From an uncultured Ignavibacteriales bacterium (GTDB lineage: Bacteria; Zixibacteria; MSB-5A5; GN15; JAAZOE01): 64,000 nt of DNA. The position numbers were made by a program, and so were the translations under genes. Below are positions 1 to 9,241 of the stretch, piece by piece. The notes beneath the pieces are model-generated. The model searched no databases and was not told the origin of the DNA. It saw nothing but the letters and a program-made list of their open reading frames with translations. Every line of letters begins with the position of its first letter. The first letter of the stretch is position 1. The stretch is taken from positions 6,222 to 70,221 of the forward strand of contig CAZGAV010000006.1 of the NCBI GenBank assembly GCA_964523575.1. The letters run 5' to 3'.

Positions 1-330
1 GGCCAATTTCATCAGGTTTTTGTAGCCGATCTGGTTTTTGACCAGCAAAACCAGATGAAAACCGCCGTCTGGATATCCCTCGATACGGAAATGATCGGTC
101 CGCGATTTACCGGCCACATAGGCTTCCATGCCAATTATAGGCTTGATCCCGGCGCCGCTGACTTTCCTGTAAAACTCGATGGCGCCGAACATGTTACCGT
201 GATCGGTAATGGCCAGCGCAGGCATATTCATGGTCCGGGCGGCCGCTACCAAATCATCGATTCGGCTGGCGCCGTCAAGCAGGGAATACTGCGTGTGGTT
301 GTGAAGATGTACAAATTCGCTGTGTCTCAT
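1..330 (-). CDS. dnaE: DNA polymerase III alpha subunit, N-terminal PHP-domain fragment (partial; gene continues off the left edge)
   Basis: Absent from the ORF track because no stop lies in the window. Reverse translation from the ATG at 330-328 gives MRHSEFVHLHNHTQYSLLDGASRIDDLVAAARTMNMPALAITDHGNMFGAIEFYRKVSGAGIKPIIGMEAYVAGKSR..., the canonical DnaE PHP N-terminus. An AAGGA lies about 12 nt upstream. Confidence 0.85.
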   Translation of the reverse strand, partial: MRHSEFVHLHNHTQYSLLDGASRIDDLVAAARTMNMPALAITDHGNMFGAIEFYRKVSGAGIKPIIGMEAYVAGKSRTDHFRIEGYPDGGFHLVLLVKNQIGYKNLMKLA

Positions 331-413
331 GTGTAATCTCTATCCTTGATGTCCAACCATCATGGTATGCTAAAAAAGCCCCCGGTCAAGCATTAAATTG
401 GTCGGCCACCGTT

Positions 414-2666
414 TTAGCCGATTCTGGTCGTTTTGGTGTCGCGACTGAGGATAATATGGTCGGGATCGAAGCGGACATTTTTGATTTTTTCTGGGAAAGG
501 TCCCAGAATATGTTCCTTTTGGTGACCGACACCGTCAATCCTGAACAGTCTTTTCGTTCCGTTCTCAAATTCTACTTCCACCGGGTAAGGCGTTTCAAAA
601 TCGGCCTCGACCCCGGAAACCTCGATATTTATTTCTAACATCGGCCGGCCTTTGGTGTCTGGTCGAATGGCATAGTGGCAGTCGAATTCGGGGACCTTCC
701 AATCGAACAGCCATTGTTTGAAAAACCCTGCGGCCCGCCGGTCGCCGATATAATTATCGGCGACGCGAATAAAGTCCATGGTCGTTGCCTGCCGGGCATA
801 ATAAGTACGCCGGAATTCAGCCAGCATATTGCTGAAAAAGTCGGTGCGATACTCGGGGCCGTCGATTTCGAAACGCAACATCTCCAGCATATAGGCCGCC
901 TTGAAATAAACCAGCGCGATATAATCGCCGGGAGAAAACGAAAAGAGCAACCGCGACCCCATCAGGATCGGGCCAGCACGGTAACCCCGGGAATAAAAGC
1001 CGCCGATTTTTCCCTCTTCGAGCACCTGCCGCCGCCAGTGGGCGGTCAATTCCCGATACTCAGTGGTGTCATGTTTGGCATTCAGCAGGTACAAGGCGGC
1101 CGACATTTCGGCCAATCCCTCCGAGAGCCAGATGTCTTTGAAAGTCTTGGGGATGACCGTATGCCCCCACCATTGATGGGCCATTTCATGGGAACGGAAA
1201 CGAGCCTGATTGCGATTGGTTTCGAATGAAAATCCGGCCAGATGGATCAATCCTGGACTGCTTTGCCCGGTAGATAAAGGCTGATCCACGATCTCCAGAG
1301 AATGTGTCAGCGGCGGGCCGAACCAGTCATAGAAGGATCGGAAGGAACCGGTCAAATCGTCCATCACGGTTTGAGGAAAGGCCCGATTAAAAATCCCCTG
1401 ATTGTTTTGACGGCGGATGAACATCGTTATTGGTATGTCCCTGACCACCTCGCTGAGGGTGTCATACAGACCGGAGGCGAAACTGACATACGATATGTCT
1501 CCCGATTTGTAAGTCACGGTCCGCCGGTCGCCAACCACCGTATCCTTAACTTTATCGCCGACTGATAATAGGGTTAAATCCTTGTGCAGAGTGTATTGGA
1601 CGGTGAACGAGCCCAAGCTGCGCTGTTGTAAATGCGGAAACCAGCGCGTGATATTGATCGGGAAATCGACGCCGGCATAACGGGTATTCAGGAATTTGCC
1701 CTGATAATAAACGGTCACATTATCCGGCCTATCGATCACTTCCGGCCTTGGCCCCAGGTAAAAATTGGCTCGTTCTTTATCCTTTATATACGGCAACTTA
1801 GCACCCACGGCATCAAATACGGAGTCAACGGTGAACAGATTGGGCAGGCTGAATCGGACGCCCCGTGTATCGGTCCCCGGGGCGAAATAAATCTCACATT
1901 CGGCGTCGAACTTCCCCGATTCTTCGAGGTCGATGGCAATGACTGTGGAATCGATTTCAATCGGGGACAATTTCAAAATCGGGCTGAGATCGAAATCCGC
2001 CAGCAGATACGGTCGCCCGACCTGTTTTTCATTATAGTACAGACTGAGCTGTTCGCTGACTTCGGGCGACAAAGACGCGACGACCTGATTGCCGTTGGCC
2101 AGTTCCATACTCACCCAGAGAGGCGGCATAGGTTCGCGTTCCTGAGGCCAGAGACCGAGTTCGCCGGACAGGTCGATCCAGAAATAGCGATCGGGGGCGC
2201 TGACCATGAACTGCAATTTCTGCCATGCCGGTCTTCGTATTTTGGCATCGCGCCATCGGGCCGAATCGAGCATCAGGTATCGGTCGAAATCTCGGCCGCA
2301 GATATAGGCTGAAACGAATTCGACGCCCGCCTCACCCCCGAACTGACGCGACCAGTTGATTCCCAGGTTCAGAGTATCAATGATATCCATGCGGCCGCCG
2401 CCAAGGAAGAAATAATCATATCCTCCGCCGGGCCGGCGATAGAGAGTGCCATTATTGAAAGTGATCCTGACTTTGCTGCCATAATCGATGAAGTCGCCAT
2501 TCATTTCGTAACCCTGGGCCCCGGACCCGAATTTGCCCTTTATTTCAGGAAACGGCGAGGGCGGTTCATCGGCATGAGCCTTCAGGACGTCGGTCATCGG
2601 AATAAAAATCGATAAGGCGAGAATCAATCCGGCGATTATCGGCAATTTTGATTCACATAAACTCAT
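414..2666 (-). CDS. Secreted M1-family zinc metallopeptidase (aminopeptidase N-like)
   Basis: Carries the gluzincin motif HEMAHQWWG-x-WLSEGLAE (HExxH-x18-E). Has an N-terminal hydrophobic signal (LPIIAGLILALSIFIP) and a GAGGT RBS 5 nt upstream of the ATG. Confidence 0.85.
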   Translation of the reverse strand: MSLCESKLPIIAGLILALSIFIPMTDVLKAHADEPPSPFPEIKGKFGSGAQGYEMNGDFIDYGSKVRITFNNGTLYRRPGGGYDYFFLGGGRMDIIDTLNLGINWSRQFGGEAGVEFVSAYICGRDFDRYLMLDSARWRDAKIRRPAWQKLQFMVSAPDRYFWIDLSGELGLWPQEREPMPPLWVSMELANGNQVVASLSPEVSEQLSLYYNEKQVGRPYLLADFDLSPILKLSPIEIDSTVIAIDLEESGKFDAECEIYFAPGTDTRGVRFSLPNLFTVDSVFDAVGAKLPYIKDKERANFYLGPRPEVIDRPDNVTVYYQGKFLNTRYAGVDFPINITRWFPHLQQRSLGSFTVQYTLHKDLTLLSVGDKVKDTVVGDRRTVTYKSGDISYVSFASGLYDTLSEVVRDIPITMFIRRQNNQGIFNRAFPQTVMDDLTGSFRSFYDWFGPPLTHSLEIVDQPLSTGQSSPGLIHLAGFSFETNRNQARFRSHEMAHQWWGHTVIPKTFKDIWLSEGLAEMSAALYLLNAKHDTTEYRELTAHWRRQVLEEGKIGGFYSRGYRAGPILMGSRLLFSFSPGDYIALVYFKAAYMLEMLRFEIDGPEYRTDFFSNMLAEFRRTYYARQATTMDFIRVADNYIGDRRAAGFFKQWLFDWKVPEFDCHYAIRPDTKGRPMLEINIEVSGVEADFETPYPVEVEFENGTKRLFRIDGVGHQKEHILGPFPEKIKNVRFDPDHIILSRDTKTTRIG

Positions 2667-2673
2667 CTATACC

Positions 2674-3324
2674 TCAAAGCGCTTCGACCATGAATCTGAA
2701 TCCGATAAAGAGCAGAAACAGGGCGCAGATGGTCAGTAAAATATAAAACGGTTTTCCCGTCAGCAATTTCTTCCCGCCAGCGATCATGGATGATACAAAG
2801 GAGTACCAGACCAGATCCGACATTATATGTCCAAAATAAAAGACGACCGGCCCGATCCAGCCGTGCACCAGAGAATCGGATAGAAACGCCGAACCGACCG
2901 TGGCCCACCAGAAAAACCAGTAGGGGTTGGACAATGAGGCGGTAATCCCCTTGCCGACCAGCAGGCCGGAGCCCGTTCCCGGTTGATCGGGATCGAATTT
3001 GATTTTGCCGCGCATGATATCGTAGAGCATGGCCGAGCCCATGAAGACCAGGGCGACGCCTCCGAGAAGTCCGATTATAGTCATGGCGGTTTCTGAAGCC
3101 AGCAAAGCCGAGAGACCGAGAGCGAGGGCCAGAACCACCGCCAGCTCGGCAATGGCATGGCCGACGATGAGAATGGGCCCGGTCCAGAAGCCGCGCCTGG
3201 TCGCCTCGGCGATATTGACCGTCAGCAAAGGCCCGGGCATCAAAGCTCCGGATAAACCGACCCAGAAGGACGAAATGAAAAGCAGGAGCAACGGCATGAT
3301 GGCAATATACGAAAATATCCCCAA
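2674..3324 (-). CDS. LysE/RhtB-type amino-acid exporter family membrane protein
   Basis: About 216 aa and highly hydrophobic with about 6 TM segments. The N-terminal GLSGALMPGPLL region resembles the LysE family. The family call is by resemblance only. Confidence 0.55.
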   Translation of the reverse strand: MGIFSYIAIMPLLLLFISSFWVGLSGALMPGPLLTVNIAEATRRGFWTGPILIVGHAIAELAVVLALALGLSALLASETAMTIIGLLGGVALVFMGSAMLYDIMRGKIKFDPDQPGTGSGLLVGKGITASLSNPYWFFWWATVGSAFLSDSLVHGWIGPVVFYFGHIMSDLVWYSFVSSMIAGGKKLLTGKPFYILLTICALFLLFIGFRFMVEAL

Positions 3325-3444
3325 GGATACGACCGCAAAATATGACTATCCTGGGTCGAAGCGATTCACCGAAGAGGATCAGCGTCCTTAACTGAATATA
3401 GATCGCCGATAATTCCGCGAAAGATCCAGAAGTTGGGGTTAATT

Positions 3445-3951
3445 CTATAACTCGCTATCGGTAGTAGTATCGGGCGGTAAATTCTGCTCAAAATCTGTTG
3501 CGGTCGTCCCACCGGGACGGATTTCCGGATGTCGGATTTCGCCCCCTTTGTTGGCGGCTCCGGCCAGCAGGACGCTGGTGATGATGGTGAATAAGAGCAG
3601 GGTGGCCAGGAACATACCCGACAAACTTCTCTGGGCACGATAGAGCAGGAGACTTCCGGCGGCAACCGCACCCAGCACAAGAATCGCGATTAAGGCCTGC
3701 TCGGCGGCTTCCAAATGAAGATGCACGGCCTCCGGTGAAATGTCCGGCCATCCGGCCATCATTTCCTCGGCCGCGCCGCCGGAGAGATAGACCGGGATAG
3801 TCAGGAGAGCGATAATGAATATCATCCAGAGGGAGGTTTTGATCATGGTTTTGTTGCGCCCGATGACGGCAATAAGCATAAAGACCATAGCGAACATGAT
3901 ACCGGTGACCGGGATATGATTGACGATGAGATGAAAATGCGCCGCATTCAT
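3445..3951 (-). CDS. Hypothetical integral membrane protein (about 4 TM)
   Basis: I moved the start to the ATG at 3951 (MNAAHFHLIVNHIPVTG...) because a GGAGGGGAG RBS lies 8 nt upstream. The 34-aa upstream extension in the track has no RBS. Confidence 0.5.
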   Translation of the reverse strand: MNAAHFHLIVNHIPVTGIMFAMVFMLIAVIGRNKTMIKTSLWMIFIIALLTIPVYLSGGAAEEMMAGWPDISPEAVHLHLEAAEQALIAILVLGAVAAGSLLLYRAQRSLSGMFLATLLLFTIITSVLLAGAANKGGEIRHPEIRPGGTTATDFEQNLPPDTTTDSEL

Positions 3952-4071
3952 GGAACCGTCTCCCCTCCAGCCAGCCTCCGGGAAATGTTTCAGACTATTA
4001 AGATACGCAATTTCGGCTCGGGGTTCAACCTGAAATCCGCCCCTGTTGTGCAATCGGCAAATCAGGCATGT

Positions 4072-4109
4072 AGCAATAAAGAACCCCGCCGATCCTTCGG
4101 CGGGGTTTT
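4072..4109 (-). terminator. Intrinsic terminator after the hbd-crt operon (usable bidirectionally)
   Basis: An 11-bp perfect stem AACCCCGCCGA (4082-4092) / TCGGCGGGGTT (4097-4107) closes a TCCT loop. It is followed by UUCUUUAUU on the minus strand and UUUUA on the plus strand. Confidence 0.65.
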
Positions 4110-4206
4110 ATACTAATGGGTGAGCACTCCCCCTCCTCGTTCGCTTGAATGCGAAAAACTGCAAATCAAAGGAGACAGGCAGAAAGTCCAACTCCTGAAC
4201 CTTTTA

Positions 4207-4986
4207 TCACTTATGCTCGAATTTGGGCGGGCGTTTATCCAGGAATGCCTTGAGCCCCTCGACCGCATCGGCATAACCGAAATTGTTGCCGAAAGAGACC
4301 TTTTCCAGATCGCATCCGGCCGACAAATTGACATCCAAACCGCGATTGATCAATTCCTTGGCCAATCTCAGCGACGGCGCACTCTTGGAGGCGATTTTGG
4401 CCGCCATTTCCATGGCCTTGTTCATCAGTTCTTCCGGCGGGTAAACCTGATCGACCAGCCCGATGCGATAGGCTTCGGCGGCCGAAACCATATCACCGGT
4501 GAAGATCAACTCCTTGGCCTTGCCGCGGCCCACCAGACGAGACAGTCTCTGCGTACCGCCGTATCCGGGGATAATACCAAGATTGACTTCGGGCTGGCCC
4601 ATCTTGGCCTTTTCCGAGGCCAGACGGATATCGCAGGCCATAGCCATTTCGCATCCGCCGCCGAGCGCAAAGCCGTTGACGGCCGCGATAATCGGGCAGG
4701 GGAAATTCTCGATGGTCTTCATCAGGTGCTGGCCGATCATGGCCAGCCGGGCCGCGCCGGCGACGTCCAGCTTGGAAAGTTCGCCGATATCGGCTCCGGC
4801 CACGAAGGCTTTGCCGGCTCCGGTGATCACGACGCAACGGAAATCACGCTCCATCCAGTTGGCAGAGAAGAAACTGTGCATTTCCGAAATAACGGCGGCA
4901 TTGAGGGCATTGAGCGCCTCTTCGCGTTTGATAGTGACCACGGCCACCGCATCTTTGATCTCGACCGTTATATTTTTGAAATCCAT
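4207..4986 (-). CDS. crt: Short-chain enoyl-CoA hydratase (crotonase)
   Basis: 259 aa. Has the crotonase-fold signature VVITGAGKAFVAGADIGELS and a conserved ...GGGCEMAMACDIR... region. Confidence 0.9.
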   Translation of the reverse strand: MDFKNITVEIKDAVAVVTIKREEALNALNAAVISEMHSFFSANWMERDFRCVVITGAGKAFVAGADIGELSKLDVAGAARLAMIGQHLMKTIENFPCPIIAAVNGFALGGGCEMAMACDIRLASEKAKMGQPEVNLGIIPGYGGTQRLSRLVGRGKAKELIFTGDMVSAAEAYRIGLVDQVYPPEELMNKAMEMAAKIASKSAPSLRLAKELINRGLDVNLSAGCDLEKVSFGNNFGYADAVEGLKAFLDKRPPKFEHK

Positions 4987-4999
4987 AAACGCCTCGTTC

Positions 5000-5854
5000 C
5001 TATTTCTTAGTGTAATCGTAAAAGCCGCGGCCCGATTTTTTGCCTAGATATCCGGCCTTGACCATCCGGCGCAATAGCGGGGGCGCGGCATAATGCTTGT
5101 CCTTGTACTCCTCGAACATGATGTCGGCGATATGCAACATGGTATCGAGGCCGATAAAATCGTTGAGAGTCAGCGGCCCCATGGGATGGCCACAGCCCAT
5201 CATCATGCCGCTGTCGATATCCTCGCGGCTGGCGGCTCCGCTTTCGAGCATCCGGATGGCATCGAGAAGATAAGGCACCAGAAGAGCGTTGACGATGAAT
5301 CCCGGTCGGTCTTTGGCCATGACGACCGTCTTGCCGCAAGCTTCGGCGAATTCTTTAGCAGTGGCAATAGTCGCTTCGGAGGTATCCAGCGTCCGCACCA
5401 GTTCGCACAGCTTCATGATATTGACGGGATTGAAAAAATGCAGGCCGCAGAATTTATCGCGGCGATTGGTGGCCGCCGACATATCGCCGACCGGAAGCGA
5501 AGAAGTATTGGTGGCCAGAATGGTTTCCAGTTTGCATACCTTATCGAGTTCCTTGAAAATTTTTACCTTTTCTTCCATATTTTCGACAATGGCCTCGACG
5601 ACCAGATCGCAGTCGGCCAGGTCGGCCAGATTGACGGTGCCGGTCAGATTGGCCATCGTTTTATCCTTGAAGGCCTGGTCGGCCTTGCCCTTTTCAATGG
5701 CTTTGTCGAGATTTTTTTCGATGCGGGCAAAGCCCTTCTTCCACAGTTCCTCGGTCACTTCGCGGGCAACCACCTTTACTCCGGCCTGCGCGGCCACCTG
5801 GGCGATACCGCTCCCCATCTGTCCGCAACCTACGACTCCCAGTTTCCGGATCAT
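5000..5854 (-). CDS. hbd: 3-hydroxybutyryl-CoA dehydrogenase
   Basis: 284 aa. Has the N-terminal Rossmann motif KLGVVGCGQMGSGIA and a C-terminal 3-hydroxyacyl-CoA dehydrogenase domain. It lies directly upstream of crt. Confidence 0.9.
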   Translation of the reverse strand: MIRKLGVVGCGQMGSGIAQVAAQAGVKVVAREVTEELWKKGFARIEKNLDKAIEKGKADQAFKDKTMANLTGTVNLADLADCDLVVEAIVENMEEKVKIFKELDKVCKLETILATNTSSLPVGDMSAATNRRDKFCGLHFFNPVNIMKLCELVRTLDTSEATIATAKEFAEACGKTVVMAKDRPGFIVNALLVPYLLDAIRMLESGAASREDIDSGMMMGCGHPMGPLTLNDFIGLDTMLHIADIMFEEYKDKHYAAPPLLRRMVKAGYLGKKSGRGFYDYTKK

Positions 5855-5978
5855 GATTGACTCCTTACCGTTATCTGTTATAGAATTCCGTGTTGTCGGT
5901 TTGGCAGATTAGTAAATTAACAGATTGGCGGATGATGTCAAGAGGGGGAGCGATCAAAAAGTCCAAAGGGACCGAATT

Positions 5979-6803
5979 CTATCTCAATTTCTGGCACCGG
6001 GGACAAAAATGAGCCGAACGACTCCCAATTTTTTCGCGAACGACAACATGACCGCAATTCAGGCAGGGTTGGCCCTCACGGCCATAAACCCGCAGATATT
6101 TTTGGTATCGTCCCGGCTGTCCATTGACTCCGGCAAAGGTGTCAACCGAGGTACCCATCATCCGAATGGCGTGGGCCAGAATTTCTTGTATGTGGCCATG
6201 CAGGGCACGCAGTTTGGCTCGCGATACCGTATCGGTCAGCTTTCGGGGATGAATTCTGGCGCGAAATAGTGACTCATCGGCGTAGATATTCCCGATGCCG
6301 ACAATCAGCGATTGATCGAGTAGCGCCGGTTTGATCATCCGGCGGCGCGAACGTAAAAGGGTGACAAAGCCATCGGCGGATATTTCGAGCGGTTCGGGGC
6401 CCAGTTCCACCAGCCCTTTTTGCTTCATAATCTCATCGGTCGGATAAATTCTCAGTCGCCCGAAACGGCGATAATCGTTGAAACGCAGGTTATAACTGTT
6501 TTCCGCCAGATGAAAGATCAGGTGATCGTGTTTGTCGACCGGCGTATCCGAAGGCAGGTAATAAAAATGTCCGGTCATTTTGAGATGCACCCAGAGAGTG
6601 TAGCCATCGGAAAGGTCGATCAGGATATTTTTCCCGCGCCGTCGAATACCGAGAATCTTTTGCCCCGTCAGCATAGCGGCGAATATTTTCTTTCCGGGAT
6701 AAATTCGTTCGGCGTTGTTGATTTCCACGCCGGTGATGATGCGGCGGGCGATGGTCTGGCGTAATGAGCGCACCACCGTTTCGACTTCTGGCAGTTCCGG
6801 CAT
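5979..6803 (-). CDS. mutM: Formamidopyrimidine-DNA glycosylase
   Basis: The true start is the ATG at 6803, giving the invariant N-terminus MPELPEVETV. The C-terminus has the zinc finger CLNCGHVV...CPRCQ. The 63-aa extension in the track would overlap iscU. Confidence 0.9.
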   Translation of the reverse strand: MPELPEVETVVRSLRQTIARRIITGVEINNAERIYPGKKIFAAMLTGQKILGIRRRGKNILIDLSDGYTLWVHLKMTGHFYYLPSDTPVDKHDHLIFHLAENSYNLRFNDYRRFGRLRIYPTDEIMKQKGLVELGPEPLEISADGFVTLLRSRRRMIKPALLDQSLIVGIGNIYADESLFRARIHPRKLTDTVSRAKLRALHGHIQEILAHAIRMMGTSVDTFAGVNGQPGRYQKYLRVYGREGQPCLNCGHVVVREKIGSRSAHFCPRCQKLR

Positions 6804-6882
6804 CTTTCCTGTTTTCCGTTCCCTGGTGGTTGAAGCCTGCCGGTTTTCAGCGACAGGCCCTGAGTTTAAGATTCGTCCTGTC

Positions 6883-7248
6883 CTATTTCTTTTCGCGATA
6901 ATTTTCGATGGCCGCCTTGAGGGCGTCAAGCGCCAGAACCGAACAATGCACCTTGAGGGCAGGCAGGCCGCCCAGCCCCTCCGAAATATCATGGCGGGTG
7001 TAAGCCAGCGCCTCGGTTATGGAACGCCCTTTGACCAATTCCGTCGTGTACGAACTGGAGGCGATGGCGGCGCCGCACCCGAAGGTTTTGAATTTGATGT
7101 CGGTGATGATCTCGTCCTTTACTTTGATAAACAGGGTCATGACATCACCGCAGGATGGGTTCCCGACCGTCCCGACGCCGTCGGCATCGGGCAAATCCCC
7201 GGCGTTACGCGGGTTCTGAAAATGATCCATGACGATTTCGTTATACAT
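6883..7248 (-). CDS. iscU: IscU/NifU-N-type Fe-S cluster scaffold protein
   Basis: 121 aa. Three scaffold cysteines sit in the conserved contexts NPSCGD, FGCGAAIASS and HCSVLA. Confidence 0.85.
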   Translation of the reverse strand: MYNEIVMDHFQNPRNAGDLPDADGVGTVGNPSCGDVMTLFIKVKDEIITDIKFKTFGCGAAIASSSYTTELVKGRSITEALAYTRHDISEGLGGLPALKVHCSVLALDALKAAIENYREKK

Positions 7249-7305
7249 CCAAATTCTCCGAGGCTATGCCCCTCTCCCCTTTTACGTTTCCCGGGACGGC
7301 TTCGC

Positions 7306-9084
7306 TTATTCCATTTTTAATATTCCGAAGGTTTTCGGATTGTAGTCGATCGGCACCTGCCAGTCGGCCGCTGTCCCCAGACGGGCCTGTTTGCGACGGA
7401 AATTCAATCCGATCTTTTTCCCGACTTTGCCGACGGTTCCCAATTGCCCCAATGGTATCGCGGCTTCGACAGTCCAGTAGTCGGGGCCGTGGATAGCCTT
7501 GATTTCATATTCGCCGTCCCAGTTGCGATCACCTTCCATATAGCCGTTGTCGTTTATGACCAGTTTTTGATCGAACACATAGCCCAGCGGATTGATATAG
7601 ATCTGGTAAGCGGTCGAGAGGTCGAGGTTGGGCTGGATAAAAAGGCCGATACAATCCTCAGTATAAATGGGCCCGTCATGGTCCACGACCGAGGCTTGCA
7701 ACGAATCCATGACCGCTTCCATGCATTTGGCGGCAACGTAGAGGTGATTATCATCATAGGCGTAATAGAAGGCCACGGGATCGCCGGAAGCCGGGGTTCC
7801 ATCATTGTTAAAGAATTTTGTCTGCGGGTCTTTCCATATCGGATCGGCAATATTGCCGTCTATCATGGGCGGCATCGCCGCCTTCGTACAGGCGATTGTG
7901 CGAGCGACGCGCATGGGCGTTTCGACGATGGCTTTCTTCCCCGCATCAAAATTGCAGTCAATCCTGGCCATTGGAACCGGATACAGAGAACCGGTGCAAA
8001 CAGCCTGCAGTTCGATCGCCTGTTCGGCCCCGGGGGCCAGTTTGATGGGCGTCAGCGGCGGATTGACGGTCCAGTTATCCGGAACCTCCCAGCGGAGAGT
8101 ATCATCCCATTCCTTATCTGGGGCATAATTATGGACATGGAGCGTAACCTGCCGGCCGCTTGGGCGCAAATCGGCGCCGATTAATAATGGGTCGAAAACG
8201 GCCGAGGAAGTCACAATTTTGTCCACCAAATGCATATCATTCGCCGAGACCTCATCCCAGGGCAAAACAGCCCCGGCCTTTATCGGCGCGATATCAATGT
8301 CATCATCGCCGACGGTCACATAACAATAATGATACATCAAACCGGTCGGTCCCGGCACGGTTTCGGCTCCCGAACTTCCGACCCCGGTATATTTGATGCC
8401 GTTGTACGTGCCGGTGAAATACTGATGAAAATGCCCGGTGAAGACGGCATCGACGCCATAGGAACAGAACAGGGTATGCAAGGTATCCGGTTTGCCCTTG
8501 GCGGTGGTGTTGTACCAGTATGGTTTATGCATGAAGACGATTATGTGCGCAGAATTTTGAAATTGGTCGAGATCATCATTGAGCCAGGCCAGTTGCGCCG
8601 CCGGCAAATCTTCGCTTTTCTCCCAGCGGCCGGTATCGAGGATCACAAAATGAATGCCGCAATAGTCGAATGAATAGTATGGCTCTCCGATCTGATTGCG
8701 GAAGACCTGCTCCTGGGCGTTGGTCAGGATATCGTGATTGCCCGGCGTCAGATGAATCGGCATTGTCAATGGGGAGATCACCTGTTTGTATTCCGCCCAT
8801 TCGCTATCGAGCCGGCCGACGTCGTCGGTATAACCCTCGACCTGGTCCCCGACGGTCATCACCAGATCGGGCCGCAAACGCTGAACTTCTTCGATGATTT
8901 GCCCATAGACACCCTGCCGATGCTCGCCGGTGCGATCGCCGACGACAATCATGCGGACCGGCGCCTGTCCCACTTCAGTCGCTCCAGCCATGGTCCCGAG
9001 CCAGAAGATCGCGAGCACCAGGCAAACCAGCCTGTCCTTCGATTCCCTCTTCCCTGATTTTCGCATAAGGCCTCGCTTTTTCAT
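7306..9084 (-). CDS. Secreted calcineurin-like metallophosphoesterase with a C-terminal CBM9/DOMON-like domain
   Basis: Has phosphoesterase motifs VVGDRTGEH, GDQVEG and GNHD, and a signal/anchor segment LVCLVLAIFWLG. The C-terminal about 190 aa (IDGNIADPIWKD...YYAYDDNHLYVAA...WTVEAAIPL) resembles the CBM family 9-like fold. The start is ambiguous between 9084 and the Met 6 codons downstream. Confidence 0.75.
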   Translation of the reverse strand: MKKRGLMRKSGKRESKDRLVCLVLAIFWLGTMAGATEVGQAPVRMIVVGDRTGEHRQGVYGQIIEEVQRLRPDLVMTVGDQVEGYTDDVGRLDSEWAEYKQVISPLTMPIHLTPGNHDILTNAQEQVFRNQIGEPYYSFDYCGIHFVILDTGRWEKSEDLPAAQLAWLNDDLDQFQNSAHIIVFMHKPYWYNTTAKGKPDTLHTLFCSYGVDAVFTGHFHQYFTGTYNGIKYTGVGSSGAETVPGPTGLMYHYCYVTVGDDDIDIAPIKAGAVLPWDEVSANDMHLVDKIVTSSAVFDPLLIGADLRPSGRQVTLHVHNYAPDKEWDDTLRWEVPDNWTVNPPLTPIKLAPGAEQAIELQAVCTGSLYPVPMARIDCNFDAGKKAIVETPMRVARTIACTKAAMPPMIDGNIADPIWKDPQTKFFNNDGTPASGDPVAFYYAYDDNHLYVAAKCMEAVMDSLQASVVDHDGPIYTEDCIGLFIQPNLDLSTAYQIYINPLGYVFDQKLVINDNGYMEGDRNWDGEYEIKAIHGPDYWTVEAAIPLGQLGTVGKVGKKIGLNFRRKQARLGTAADWQVPIDYNPKTFGILKME

Positions 9085-9241
9085 AATTAAAAGTCGAAGA
9101 TTAGCGGTCTCTCTGCCGACCGGAAGCGAATATAATCAATTTTGAGACAATTTCAAAATAATTGAATTTCGACTCGGGGGGTATTGATTTCAAGTATGGA
9201 ATCGGGTCGAAACCACCGAGGGTTCCGACCCGAAAAAGATA

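Noticed and set aside
55-336. Track ORF of 93 aa on the plus strand at the left edge.
   Set aside because: It is an antisense shadow of the dnaE N-terminus. The minus strand gives a textbook PHP-domain sequence from the ATG at 330.
4120-5860. Long plus-strand ORFs (296 aa, 182 aa, 255 aa, 207 aa) opposite crt and hbd.
   Set aside because: They are antisense shadows of two strongly motif-supported minus-strand genes, with biased R/G/A-rich composition.
6804-6992. The 63-aa N-terminal extension of the mutM ORF in the track.
   Set aside because: Fpg requires Pro2 at the N-terminus (MPELPEVE), and the extension would overlap iscU.
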